Assembly (NCBI GenBank): GCA_977017645.1
Contig: OZ360219.1
Coordinates: 266,414,001 to 266,478,000, forward strand
Length of the DNA: 64,000 nt
Direction: 5' to 3'
DNA from: Torpedo marmorata
Taxonomy: Eukaryota
This document shows positions 1 through 12,343 of the stretch, piece after piece. Within the stretch, counting starts at the first letter, position 1, and each line of letters begins with the position of its first letter. The position numbers and the translations under genes are program-made. Under the pieces are notes generated by a model, which searched no databases, was not told the DNA's origin, and saw nothing but the letters and a program-made list of their open reading frames with translations.

Positions 1-505
1 AATAGGTGCTGGCTGTCCACCCTATCGATACCTCTCATAATCTTATACACCTCCAATAAGTTACCTCTCATCCTCCATCGCTCGAAAGAGAAAAAGCCTA
101 GTTCGCTCAACTATTTTTCAAAGGACATGTTCTCCAATCCAGGCAACATCTTGGTAAATCTTCTCTGCACCTTTTCTAAAGCTTCCACAACTTTCCTATA
201 ATGAGGCCACTTCTTCAGCAAAGCAAATGCTCAGAGACATGTGCGTACCTGTCAGCGCAGTCGCCTTGAAATTGAATATTTGCACTATCATGCTGCCGCA
301 AAACACCGAATTTCATGACTTGTTCATGACAATAAATTCTGATTCTGATTCTAGAACTGAACATAATACTGTAAATTGTGGTCAAACCAGAGTTTTATAG
401 AGCTGCAACATCAACTCTTGGCTCGTGAACTCAATCCCCTGACTAATGAAGCGAGCACATCATATAGTATATACCTTATGAACTATCCTATCAACCTGTA
501 GCCAT
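1..505 (-). mobile_element. CR1-clade LINE fragment (RT C-terminal region), interrupted at 211-352
   Basis: Reverse complement resembles the CR1 segment 'PHYRKDV..LE.VQRRFT.MLPGL' seen in ORFs 1559-2296 and 13353-14171. CR1 resumes at 353 (agaactgaac). Confidence 0.8.
279..352 (+). mobile_element. 3' tip of a Rex1/Babar LINE (family A) with (ATTCTG)n tail
   Basis: ttgcactatcatgctgccgcaaaacaccgaatttcatgacttgttcatgacaataaattctgattctgattct matches the 3' ends at ~43450-43531 and ~59835-59907. Confidence 0.85.
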
Positions 506-699
506 GGATGCTGCCAGACCTGCTGAGATCCTCCAGCTTCTCATTGTTTTCTCAAGATTCCAGCATCTGCAGTTCTTGTGATTATACCTTTATTTTTGGA
601 TCCGTGAGGCTATTTAGGGTTCATGATGGTGGCTTGTCAGATACTTGTCAGATGCTGTGTACGAAAGGAATTAATTGTTACACACTTAGAGCATGCAGA

Positions 700-1280
700 G
701 AAGGCAGTTAAATGTGGCCGTCAGTGTACTACACCATATAAACATCATCACTGCTCTTAATCTCACATGGCTGAACACAATATTTAGCAGAAGGAAGAAC
801 ACTTCTTGGCCCACCAATTTGTGCTCAGCTACATTCAGCTTGGACACCAGTTGATACACGTTTACACATTTTTGATCCTTTTTATAGTTGTTTCCAGTTT
901 CAGCGGTTTGCAGGGAACAGTGTTCCAGGTGCTGAATTACCTTTTCAATGACAAAGTCTTCTGCAAAGCAAATGCTCAGAGACATGTGCGTACCTGTCAG
1001 CGCAGTCGCCTTGAAATTGAATGTGTCTGGATGAGTAGTCATGCAGCGCAGCATAAATTGTTAAGGTGGTAGGAGAAGGATAGGTAGAAGACTTCTCAGC
1101 AGTGGGAGTTATCAATCAGGAACATTCAGTGAACAAACCTCTGACATGAACTTCAACAAGGTCCAAATGTGTAATTGTGTGCTTTGGTAAAGAGAAGGTT
1201 ACTGAAATCTGCTAGATGCAACCTCAAATATAAAGGCCATTGGCAACAGTTACTAAGGAGACCATGGATATGAATGCGTA
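700..1280 (-). mobile_element. Possible highly decayed RTE-clade LINE RT relic
   Basis: Frameshifted FN..RRLR...CFAEDF resembles RTE 'FNLRRL....LLFADD'. Weak, by-eye similarity only. Confidence 0.35.
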
Positions 1281-1339
1281 TCTAAGTTCAAAGTTCAGAT
1301 TTATTGTCAGAGTACAATCATGACTCTGACTTTAGGATT

Positions 1340-2628
1340 CTTAAAGATAGGATCTATGAGCATTTGGAAAAGTACAGTCAACACTGTGAAGGGAAGGTCG
1401 TGCCTCACGAGACTGATTGAGCTTTTTGAGGAGCTAACAAAAGAAATTGATGAGGGTAGGGTAGTACATGTGGTCTATATGGATATTAGTAAGGCATTTG
1501 ACAAGGTCCCCCATTAGAGACTCGTTCAGAAAGTAATGAGGCATGGATCCATGGAACCTTGGTTGTGTGGATAAAAAATTGTCTTGCATATAGAAAGCAG
1601 AGAGTAGTAATGGATGGAAAGTATTCTACCTATTGGTCGGTGACTAGTGGAGTTCCGCAGGGATCTGTTGTGGGACCTCTGCGCTTTGTGATTTTTATAA
1701 ATGACCTAGATGAAGAGGCAGAAGGATGGGTCAGTAAGTTTGCAGATGATACGAAGGTTGGAGGAGTTGTGGATGGCGCTGAAGGTTGTCGTAGGTTACA
1801 AAAGGATATAGACAGAATGCAGAGTTGGGCGGAAAAGTGGCAGATGGAGATCAATCCCGATAAGTTTGAGGTGATGCATTTTGGAAGGTCAAACCAGAAG
1901 GCTGAGTACAGGGTTAATAGTTGGTTACTTAAGAGTATGGATGAACAGAGGGATCTTGGGGTCCAAATCCATACATCTCTCAAGGTTGCTGTGGAGGTTG
2001 ATAGGATAGTTAAGAAGGCCTATTGGATGTTGGGCTTCATTAATAGGGGGATTGAGTTCAAGATTCAAGAGGTCATGTTCAAACTATACCAATCTCTGGT
2101 GAGACCACACTTAGAGTATTGTGTTCAGTTCCGGTCACCTCACTATAGGAAGGATGTGGAAGCTATGGAGAGGGTGCAGAGGAGAATTACCAGGATGTTG
2201 CCTGGATTGGAAAAAAAGTCTTATGAGGCAAGGTTATCAGAAATGGGACTTTTCTCTTTGGAGCATAGAAGGATGAGAGGAGACTTAAGATTATGAGAGG
2301 TATAGATAGGGTGGACAGCCAGCGCCTTTTTCCCAGGGCAGGAATAGCAAACACCAGAGGACATATGTATAAAGTAAAGGAAGGGAAGTTTAGGGGAGAT
2401 ATCAGGGGTAAGTCTTTTACACAGTTGGTGCCTGGAATGCCTTGCCAGGGATGGTGGTGGAGGCTGAAACATTTGGGGGGATTTAAGAGACTCTTAGACA
2501 GGCACGTGGATGGAAGAAAAATAGAGGGTTACGGTCTAGGGAGGGTTTAGTACTTTTTCTTTTAAGGAATATATGGGTAGGCAGAATATCGATGGCTGAA
2601 GGGCCTGTACTGTGCTGTAGTGTTCTGT
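1340..2628 (+). mobile_element. 5'-truncated CR1 LINE (RT and 3' UTR)
   Basis: ORFs 1320-1517 (VYMDISKAFDKVPH) and 1559-2296 (SGVPQGSVVGP, SKFADDTK, RPHLEYCVQF). CR1 tail ggctgaagggcctgtactgtgctgtag. Confidence 0.92.
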
Positions 2629-4155
2629 GACATCACATACAGCCCTGAGATTATTTTTCCTGCAGGCGAGGCAGAATTACCACTTCTTGATAGTGCAAAA
2701 AAACTGTACACATGTAAACAAATAAAGAAATGTAAACAAACTGACTGTGTAACACAGAGAGAAGAAAAATCAATAAAGTGCAAAAGTAAGAGTCCTTAAA
2801 TTCAAGATTCAAATTCAATTTATTATCATAGTAATAAAACAGTATCATATTACATGAAATTTCTTTTTGCCTGCTGCAAGGCAGACAGATTCGCCACCGG
2901 TAGAAATTGCCTAAGTGCCTCTTACATTTCTTACAGTCAGATGTACAGTCAGAGTTACAGTCAGAGAAAGAGAAGCAAAAGAGAGTCCCCCCAGAGTCAC
3001 TGAGTGTCCGTAGATTCACCTCCAGCGCTTCCGCAGCCACACAGAGTCCAGTCCAAACCATTGGCAACACGAGCTCCAGATCCGAACTTCCGACACGTTC
3101 AGGAACCATTTGGCACCCTTGGCACCTCCTCGCATCCCGGTTCCTATACCTGGTACCCCTCCGGCCAGTTTGAGCCAGTCTCCAGCACTCCGCAGCCCGG
3201 CGCGAGTCTCCCGACAGCAGTCTCCAGCAGCCCACAGCCTCCGCGGGTTCCTCGCCTCGAGTCACCAGCAGCCCGCGTCATGCACTGGTCCCTCAGCCTC
3301 AGAGCCCCTCACTGGTCCGCCGCCGTGGTCACCGTCCCGTTGGTCGTCTCCTCCGCTTCTCCTTCTCAGATGAGTCCCTGATTGAGTTTGTTGTTGAGGA
3401 GTCTGATGGTGGAGGTGTAGCAGTTGTTTCTGGACCTGGTGGTGCGAGTCTTGTGGCAGCTATACCTATTTCCTGATGGTAGCAGTAAGAGCAGAGTGTG
3501 TGCTGGGTGATATGGATCTTTGATGATTGCTGTTGCTCTCCGACGGCAGCGTTCCCTGTCGATATTCTCGATGGTGGGGAGAGTTTTTCCTGTGATGTCC
3601 TGGGCTGTGTCCACTACCTTTTGCAGGGCTTTACGCTCAGGGGTATTGGTGTCCCCATACCAGACCGTGGTGCAGCCGATCAGCATATTTTTCACCACAT
3701 ATCCGTAGAAATTTTCCAGGGTTTCCGACGTCATACCAAACCTCCTCAAACTCCTGAGGAAGTAGAGGCGCTAACGTGCTTTCTTCACGACGCCATTAGT
3801 GTGTTGGGTCCAGGAAAGATCCTCTGCGATAGTGACTTCCAAGAACTTAAATTTGCTCACCCTCTCCACCTCTGATCCCCCAATGATCACTGGATCATTA
3901 TACCTCTGGTATACCTCTGGTTTTCCCTTCCTGAAGTGAACATTCAGTTCCTTGGCTTTGGTGACATTGAGTGCGAGGTTGTTGATGGTGCACCATTCAC
4001 CCAAGTTTTCAATCTTCCTCCTGTATGCTGACTAATCGCTCCTTTTTATACTACTCACTACCGTGGTATCGTCAGCGAATTTTTATATGTTGTTGTTGTC
4101 ATACCAAGCCACACAGTCATCGGTGTATAGCGAGTAGAGCAGGGGGCTAAGAATC
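2629..4155 (-). mobile_element. Rex1/Babar LINE (family B), 3' half, interrupted at 2801-3369
   Basis: ORFs 3771-4004 (WC..NNLALNVTKAKE, FKFL.VTI.EDLSWT) and 3366-3749 (DUF1891-type C-terminus). The 3' UTR 'agagtccttaaat|gagtc' is contiguous in the copy at 59908. Confidence 0.88.
2801..3369 (-). mobile_element. GC-rich non-autonomous retroposon, copy 1 (5'-truncated)
   Basis: Collinear with 15662-16435, 29073-29925 and 56709-57570. Ends in ATGATAATAAA plus a degenerate (GAATCTT)n-like tail. Confidence 0.85.
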
Positions 4156-4339
4156 CATTTGTCTTTTCTGAAACTGCCACCAGAGATGTTAGACATAACC
4201 TTGATTAACAGCTCATTGCGAAGTAAGGAGGTTAATTTCATCTAATTTCTTCTTGCTAAAGAGAGACGGGTGGTGTGAACTTTAAGGGTTTACAAAGATT
4301 GGGGATGACACTGACTGAAAGGATCTTAGTTTGTGTTTG

Positions 4340-4440
4340 GAGCAAAAAAACAATTTGCTGGAGGAACTCAGCAGGTCGAGCAGTATCAGGAGGAGAAAAT
4401 GAGTGGTCAGTGTTTCGGGTTGTAACCCTCCGTCAAGACT
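4340..4440 (-). mobile_element. Short Penelope-like terminal fragment with degenerate hammerhead motif
   Basis: Reverse complement: agtcTTGACGGAGGGttacaaCCCGAAAcactgacc ... gacctgctgagttcctccagc. Confidence 0.7.
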
Positions 4441-5494
4441 CGCTTACCGGTACTTTGTGTTCGTTTTTGGCAACTCCATATTATTGATTCAAAAGTGATA
4501 CTGCTCTAGATGTGCATCAACAAGCAGTGTATCATAAAGACTATCGGGCAATATTTTGGCAACAGCTATGATGAGTTTATTCTGTGATGGTTCTATCTGC
4601 CAGCTACCATAATCAGCTCCAGAAGTAGCCATTGGATTGGTTTTCCATTGATTACATAGCTCAAGACTCCTGCTCATCAATGTTTGGCTAATTGAGTGTA
4701 GTGCATGAGATGCAGGAAGGGGAGGAGGCAGTAAAAGGAAACAAGGTGGCAACCTGGATCATCTTTTTATTGTCTCGGCTGTAAATAAAGACTGAAGAAC
4801 AAGGGAAATGCCCATAATACCTAAACTCTAATTGCCCAATCACCAACAATCTCATCTCTCCATACTTTTCCTCAGTCATTGACATTAACATCATTTTTTT
4901 TTTCATGACACAAAAATAAAAGCCAATACAAAGTATTAAAATGATGCATTGAATCGTGTCGCGTTGCTTGCAAAATTAAACTGATTACTGTACCCTTGTG
5001 CATTTTTTTTGTGCTAGTTTTTAATGTGCCTGGGTCTTCTCACCTGCAAAGTAGGAAAACCCTGAATCAAGTACCACTTGGGTGTGGAAGAGGTGACTCT
5101 AAAAGCTCAATCTCAGGATGCCTCCTGAGTCATAAGATTTGTGTTCCACTCCGAGCCACCAAACATAGATTGACTGTTATAATGTATTTAGGGAAAGGTG
5201 TCCTATTGGGCAAGGTTTTAAAATGAAATCTCTTCAACCCTCTCATCAAGAATTTCAGAAGATAGTTTGATAAAGTTCACTACTAAGTGAACTACTAAGA
5301 ATTATTCCTCAATCTGATTGCCTGTTCATGATTAGTTTGTTTTTCATTGGCCTTGATGCTATGTTACCATTAGTAGCTGAGTGAATGCACTTAAAAAATG
5401 ATACATTGGTTGATAGGTGCTTTGGGATTTCCTTAGGTTGGCGAAGGAATTAAATATGTGTGACTTATTTTATGTTAAAACCAAAGAAAAAAGA

Positions 5495-6335
5495 ATAAAA
5501 ATAGACAAACGTGCTGGAGAAACTCAGCAGGTCACATGCAAAATCAATGGAAAGAAAAATGCAGTTGATGTTTCGCTCCTGAGCCCTTCCTCTGATGTCC
5601 GGCAATTGCCCAAATAAGAGGGTGGAGAGGGGGAAGGGGGAGGAGCACAGGCTAATAGGTGATAGGTGAATACAGATAAGGAGGGGGAAGAAGAGAAAGG
5701 AGCTGACAGGTTATAGGGGGAGGGGGCAGAGGGCTGAGAAAGAAAGCTCTCTAATAGCAGAAGGAAGGTGCTGGGGAGCTGGAGGAAGGGAGTCGGAGGG
5801 ATCAAGGAAAGTGAGAGAATGGAGAGGGGAGTTAAAGGGAATTGGAGAAGTTGATATTGATGCCGTCTAGTTGGAGACTGGCGAGATTGAGTACAAGTTG
5901 TTGTTCCTCCGATTTACATGTGGCCTCAACCTGATCGGACGAGGCCATGGACAGACATGTCAGTGTGGCAATGGGGTGTTGAATTCAAGTGGGTTAAGGT
6001 TAGAGGTTAGGGTTAAAGTGGGTGGGCACTGGGAGGTCCTTGCTGTTCCAGTGGACGGAGTGAAGATGCTCAACAAAACTATCCCCCAATTTGAATCCAG
6101 TGTCCCTGATATAGAAGAGGCCACATGGGAAGTACTGGATGCAGTAAATGACCCCTGCAGATTCACAGGTGAAGTGTTGATTCACTTGGAAGGACTGTTT
6201 GGGGCTCTGAATGGTGGTGAGGGAGGAGATGTAGGTGGCAGTATAACACTTCTTGCGGTCACAGGGGTAAGTATCGGGGGAGCCGAGGGGTTGGCGAAAG
6301 GGATGAGTGGACGAGGGAGTCGTGGAGAGAAAAGG
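5495..6335 (-). mobile_element. Penelope-like element 3' part (GIY-YIG endonuclease and terminal repeat)
   Basis: ORF 6000-6350: FQVNQHFTCESAGVIYCI...GLFYIRDTG.KLGDSFVEHL. Confidence 0.85.
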
Positions 6336-6384
6336 GATGAAAATACTCATTGGAGCATTGTGTCAACTGTAGAGTTGCAAAGTA

Positions 6385-7135
6385 GACTATTTTCTAAACT
6401 GGCAATGAGTTCAGAAATCAGAGGCGCAGAGGGACTTGGGAGTTCTCGTGCAAGACTCCCTGAAGTTCAACTTGCATGTAGAGTCAGTGGTAAGGAAGGC
6501 AAATGAATGCTGGCGTTCATTTCGAGAGGGATAGAATATAAAAACAGGAATGTGATGTTGAGGCTTTGGTCTGATCACACTTGGAATATTGTGAGCAGTT
6601 TTCGGCTCCATATCTAAGGAAGAATGTGTTGGCATTGGAGAGGGTCCAGAGGAGGTTTACAAGGATGAGCTTCGGAGTGTAAGGATTTTCATGTGGGGAG
6701 CATTTGAAGGCTCTGGAATTGTACTCACTGGAGTTTAGAAGAATGAAGGGGCATCTTATTGAAATATTGAATACCTGAAAGTCCTGGTTAGAGTGGATGT
6801 GGAAAGGATGTTTCCTATGGTGGCGGAGTCTGGGACAAAAGGGCACAGCCTCAGAATACAGAAACATCCCTTTAGAACAGAGATGAGGTGGAATTTCTTT
6901 ACCAAGAGGGTGGAGAATTTGTGGAATTCATTGCCAGGGAGAGCTGTGGAGACCAAGTTATGGGGGATATTTAAGTCGGAGGTACATACGTTCTTGATCA
7001 GCAAAGGAATCAAGAGTTAAAGGGAGAAGGCAGCAGAATGGGTTGAAAAGGACAATAAATTAGCTAATATGGAATGGAGGGACCGACTTGATGGGCCGAA
7101 TGGTCTAATTCTGCTCCGATGTTTATGGCCTTATG
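6385..7135 (+). mobile_element. Decayed CR1 LINE 3' fragment
   Basis: ORF 6793-7020 (VERMFP...GHSLRI...FRTEMR.NFFT.RV.NLWNSLP) and tail gatgggccgaatggtctaattctgctcc. Confidence 0.85.
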
Positions 7136-8261
7136 GTTAGCTAACAGGGAATCCTATGAAGTTGAGAGTATGAATAATGAGATGATCAGAAGGTCTTCTG
7201 CAGGGTGAGTCAAGATTAGTGAGATGAAGGTAGGTAACTGAGGTTAATTACAAAAGGATGATGAAAGGCTCCTTTTTTTTTCTCTCCAAATTGCTTCCAT
7301 TCTTACACTATAAATTATTCAACAATTACCGGTAGTTAATCAAAATGTATATAATTTACTATCCCACATTAGTTTTGTGATACATTTAAAATATTATGGA
7401 CTTGCAACATCACTTACCGGTAATTGCTTTATTATAGCTATTGTTCAATATAGTGCAATACATAGAACATTTTACAAAATATCCAATAGGGGTGAAGTAG
7501 GTTCAGGTGATAAATTGTATTGGGATAATTCTCTGTGTATGCAGCTACTTAATGTAGCACAGTAAATTCTAGTAATAATTTGTTGCTATTCATTTCAAAA
7601 CATGCTATTTAATTTATATAGGATAGCTTATTGAAGTTGAAAGCACCTAACAAGCTTCCTTTTGGGAAAAAATATTTATGGTATGAGTATACAGTGTTCT
7701 GACATGTTAATGCTCCTGCTATTGCCTGATGCATTATCTCCTCTGGTTCCATCCCTTGTGATGAGTGATGACTTAAAGTATTGTTTATGGAGGAAGCTGG
7801 AATCCTTCAAAATTAATAGGGATGTACGTGGAATATCTAAATTCTGCTATTGCCAGTGCAATTAGAACCTGATAAACATAATCGTGATGCTGAATATTTT
7901 GAAGTGGTCCTGTAATGTGTTGGGATTTCCAATGCTAGGAATGTTTTTTTCCCATTGTGGGACCAAATCCGCAGCATTTTATTGTTGGTGTATTGGGTGC
8001 AGATCTTCCCTGCTGGCTAGTGGAAGTCATGTAGCCACCTGTGCAAAGAAAGCATTTTGCTGATGTGAACAGACAGTCAGAATAGAGCTGGATGTCTGCA
8101 TTTTTCACTTGCGTGTAACTGACCACACAGGAATCTTGGAATACCATTTCCTGAGGGAGCTTTGAGAACCACAGAAACAGTTGCTCATTTCCATATGTTA
8201 TCTTTGCATGTCTTTTGTAAGTCACAGAAATAAATGGATCTCAAAAGTATTGTTGTTAAAT

Positions 8262-9392
8262 ATATGCCATCTCCTTGGCCCTACACTCAGCCCTGGAACA
8301 CTTGAACAACAGGGACACTTATAACAGACTACTATTTATCAACTGCAGCTCCAGAACCCAACAAACTAATCCCCAGCAATGTGATCTTCGTCTCAGCATC
8401 TCTCTCTTTGACCGGATCAATGGCTTTCTATCCTGCAAGCCACAATCGGTGAGGATTGGTGACAACACCTCCTCCACGATCATCCTTAACACCAGAACAC
8501 CATAAAGCTGTTCACTTTATCCTCTACGATGCTCCCTGTACACCCACCACTGTGTGGACAAACACTGCTCCAACTCCATCCATTGTTTGCGGATGATTTG
8601 CCACTGTCACAAGGCAGGATCTCTAATGACGACAAAAAGGAGAACAGATATTGCGACTTGGTGCCAAGGTGGCAACCTCTCCCTCAATGTTAGCAACCCA
8701 AAGAGTTGGTTATAGACTTTGAGAAGAGCAATGGAGCTCACTCTCCAGTCCACCGGAATGGCGCTGAGCTGGACATAGTAGACAGCTGTAGGTTCTGAGG
8801 GATAAACGGCTCCAGTGACTTGTCCTGAAGTAGCCAAGATGATGCAATGCCAAAGAAAGACCACCAACACCTCTGCTTCCTCAGAAGGCTGAGGAAATTT
8901 ATAATTGTCACCAGCATCCGTTAACAACATCCACAGATACACTATTAAAAACATCCTGCCAGGGTGCATCACTGTGTAGTACGGGAACTGCTCTATACTC
9001 AAGGTCGTAAGAAACTGCAGAGGGTTGTGAATGTGGCTCTGTCCATCATATAAAATGCCCTCCACTCTATACCTCCTGCTTCTTTGGAAAGTCTCACTAC
9101 CCTGGCTATGATCTCTTCACTCCCCTCACATCAGGAAGAAGATTCACAAGTGTGAGGTTACACACCACCAGATTCAAGGTCAATTTCTTTCCTGCCATTA
9201 TCAGATGCCTGAATGAACACCAAAATTGTTTTTTTTTTGCATTTGCTCTGCACCAATTGATCTTTCCTTGTAACTCTGCACTTAGTACTCTTGCACTGTC
9301 TTGTACTATGCATGAGATGTCTTCTGGTCTGCCCGCAAAACAACCTTTATCATTGCATTTTCGATACACATGACAACAAACTTGAATCCAAC
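8262..9392 (+). mobile_element. Old, heavily decayed Rex1/Babar LINE
   Basis: ORF 8275-8505 (ALHSALEHL..RLLFI, PQSVRIGDNTSSTIILNT). 3' end atgacaacaaacttgaatc. Confidence 0.8.
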
Positions 9393-9394
9393 CA

Positions 9395-10975
9395 GTCCCA
9401 ACCCCCCCCCCCCCAACCACCATCCTCCTACAGCTTGCAAAACTTGTCTTCACCCTCAATAACTTCTCCTTTGATTCATCCCACTTTCTCCGTCAAAGGG
9501 GTAGCCATGCGTACCTGCATGGGGCCCAGCAATGCCTGCCTTTTTGTTGGCTTAAGTGGAGCAATCTATGCAACAAGCCTACACAGGCAAGGCTCCTCAA
9601 CACTTCTTCCCCTACATCGATGACTACTTTGGTGCTGCCTCATGCGCCCATGATGTGCTTGTCAACTTTATCCACTTTGCTGCCAACTTCCACCCTGACC
9701 TGAAATTCACTTGGTCCATCTCTAGCAACACTTTCCCTTTTCTCGATCTCTCAGGAGACAAACTCTTGACAGACATCTACAAACCCACCAACTCCCACAG
9801 CTGCCTTAACTACAACTCTTGACACCCTGTCCCCTGTAAGGATTCCATTCCTTTCTCAAAATTCCTCCGACTCTATTACACCTGCTTCTAGAACAAAGTC
9901 ATCCATGTCAGATCATCAGAGATGTTCTCCTTTTTCAAACAACGTGGCTTTCCCTCCACCACCATCAACTCTGCCCTCACCCGCAAATCCTCCATTACCC
10001 GCACATCTGCCCTGGCCCCCTCCGCCCCAACGTGTAACAAGGACAGCATTCCCCTTGTCCTCATCTACCAGCTTCCGCATCTAACATATCATCCTCCGCT
10101 ATTTCCACCACCTACTACGCGATCCCACCACCAGCTACATCTTCCCTGTTCCTCCCCTCTCCACCTTCTGCAGGGACTGCTCCCTCCGTGATTCCCTCAT
10201 TCTCTTCTCCCTTCCCACCAATTTCCCCCTTGCGACCTAACCCTGTGACCGCAGGAGGTGCTCCACTTGCTCCCACACCTCCTCCCTCACCACCATTCGG
10301 GGCCCCAATCAGTCCTTACAAGTGAAGCAACACTTCACTTGTGAATCTGCAGGGGTCATCTACTGCATCTGGTGCTTCTGTTGTGGTCTCCTTTACATCG
10401 GAGAGTCTGGACGCAGACTGGGAGATCGTTTCGTTGAGCACCTCGGCTCTGTCCGCCACGATAGCGGGCATCTCCCAATGGCCACCCATTTTAATTCCCC
10501 ACCCCATTCTCTTACCGACATGCATGTTCATGGTCTCATGCACTGTCAGACTGAGACCACCCGCAAATTGGTGAAACAACACCTCGTATTCCATCTGGGC
10601 ACCCTCCAACTGGATGGCATAAACATTGACTACTCCAGTTTCCGTTAGCCAACCCTCATGCCCCCCCCCCCATGTCTCCTTTCCTGTAGCTCTCTCTCTC
10701 TCTCTCTCTCCCCTTTTCGCTCTGTCTCCTTTACCCCAGCTCTACATTTACAGATCCACCCCCCCTCCCCCCCTCACCCTATCAATTCTCACCTTTCCTT
10801 TCTCCCGTTCGCTTCTCCATATCCAATTATCACCTTTGTGTCTGTTGGTCTGTACTCCTCCCCCTGCCAATTCTTTTATTCAGGGACTGCCTGCTTTTTC
10901 TCATACCTTGAAGAAGGGCTCAGGCCTGAAACGTCGGTAATATATCTTTACCTCCTATGGACGTTTTCACTAGTC
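9395..10975 (+). mobile_element. Penelope-like element (RT remnant, GIY-YIG, hammerhead-bearing terminus)
   Basis: GVAMRTCMGPSNACLFVG and YIDDYFG RT motifs. ORF 10322-10648 GIY-YIG (GVIYCI..LLYIGESGRRLGDRFVEHL). Confidence 0.9.
10904..10939 (+). ncRNA. Minimal type I hammerhead ribozyme-like motif in the Penelope terminus
   Basis: TACC-TTGAAGA-A-GGGC-TCAG-GCCT-GAAA-CGTC-GGTA: stem I TACC/GGTA, core (C/U)UGANGA...GAAA, palindromic ACGT stem III, GUC cleavage triplet. Activity untested. Confidence 0.7.
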
Positions 10976-11804
10976 TGGCACTTAATTACTTTTTAAGTAA
11001 ACTGGTTCTCCTCCCACTATACCTTTCTGCATTTCTCAGTGATCCAGGCACTCTCTTGATACGAGTAATAGAATGAGGGATATGCCAGGCTGTGAGGTTA
11101 CATATTGTGGCCAATTTTTATTTCTGCTGAAAGGGGAATTGCACCATTTGAGCTGGGTGACATAAAGTAAAATGCAACTGGCACCTCATCTCGGGACAAC
11201 TGGTATCCAGCTCCTGTCTTCCTGATATCCAAGTTTTATTGTGTAGGCATGGAAGTGAGGACCGTGCTCACTTATGAACTGCAGCTGGTATGGAGATTCT
11301 GTGCAGAACCACAGGATGTAGACAGTCAAGTCCTTGGGGCTAAACATCTCCATTAGCCTGTGGTTCACCTGGTTTAACTTGTACATTCAAATCTGTAGCT
11401 AGATAGCTTCTTTATGTGCCATGCCTGTAAATTGGGGGGAGGTGACAGGTACTGTTGGTTCTTACCCTCAGTAGTTCTAAATACGTTCTCAAGGTATTTG
11501 TAGTTCGGTGAACTATAATACTAGGGAGATCGGTTTGCATGCAGGCATGCTGTTTCCAGTTTCATGTTTGTTCCTGGTAGTAAAAGACATTTGTGTTTGG
11601 ACACTGCCACTTGTCCATGGTTATAATTCAAACCTTTCGAATCTGTGACCTCAACCCTCACCACCATAACATGCTTTTCCTTCATCTCATATTTTCATTG
11701 TTAATAGATTAATAATGGATTTTTACTGGCGACGAAATATGAATATGCTCAGAATGTTTTTTGACTAAAACTCAATAATAATTCAATTAATTGGATTCCT
11801 CTCT

Positions 11805-11935
11805 GAGTTTTGATGAAGGGTTCCAACCTGAAATGTTGACCATTCCTTTTCTCACTGCTCGACCTGCAGAGTTCCTCCAACAGGTTGTTTGTTGCTCCAG
11901 ATTCCATCATCTGCAATGTCCTTTGTGTTTCCAGA
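11805..11935 (+). mobile_element. 131-bp Penelope mini-insertion starting at the hammerhead motif
   Basis: Flanked by the direct repeat ATTCCTCTCT (11795-11804, 11936-11945). Begins gagttTTGATGAAGGG..CCTGAAA. Confidence 0.75.
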
Positions 11936-12343
11936 ATTCCTCTCTATCTCACTGTTATTAACTTACCAGACTGAATGTGACCTACAATCTACAATCTCAG
12001 GACAAATGAATGTGACCTTTTAGCCACCAGAAATTCTCAGTCAGGTTGATCAGTAATGATTTGTGTGGTATGCAACAGTCAGTGTGTGTGAAAAGAAATT
12101 ATGGACAGGCCTCTTCCTGTTTCCACCACAGTAGGAATCGTGTTATCCTCCACCCCGAGGGCTGCCAAAGGAGAGATGACAAGATTAAGTAACAATTGAA
12201 TGAACAGTTGGTCTCTGGAATCTAATTTTGTGTAAAATTACAAGCAGATGTGAAAAAGAATAAACTGAGTATGAATAAGGTGATGAAAAAAGGAGTGACA
12301 ATTTTGAAAAAGGATTTGGAAGGAAGGTAACATTAGAAACATA

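Noticed and set aside
3900-3921. 11-bp tandem duplication ATACCTCTGGT inside Rex1
   Set aside because: An ordinary slippage mutation in a dead element.
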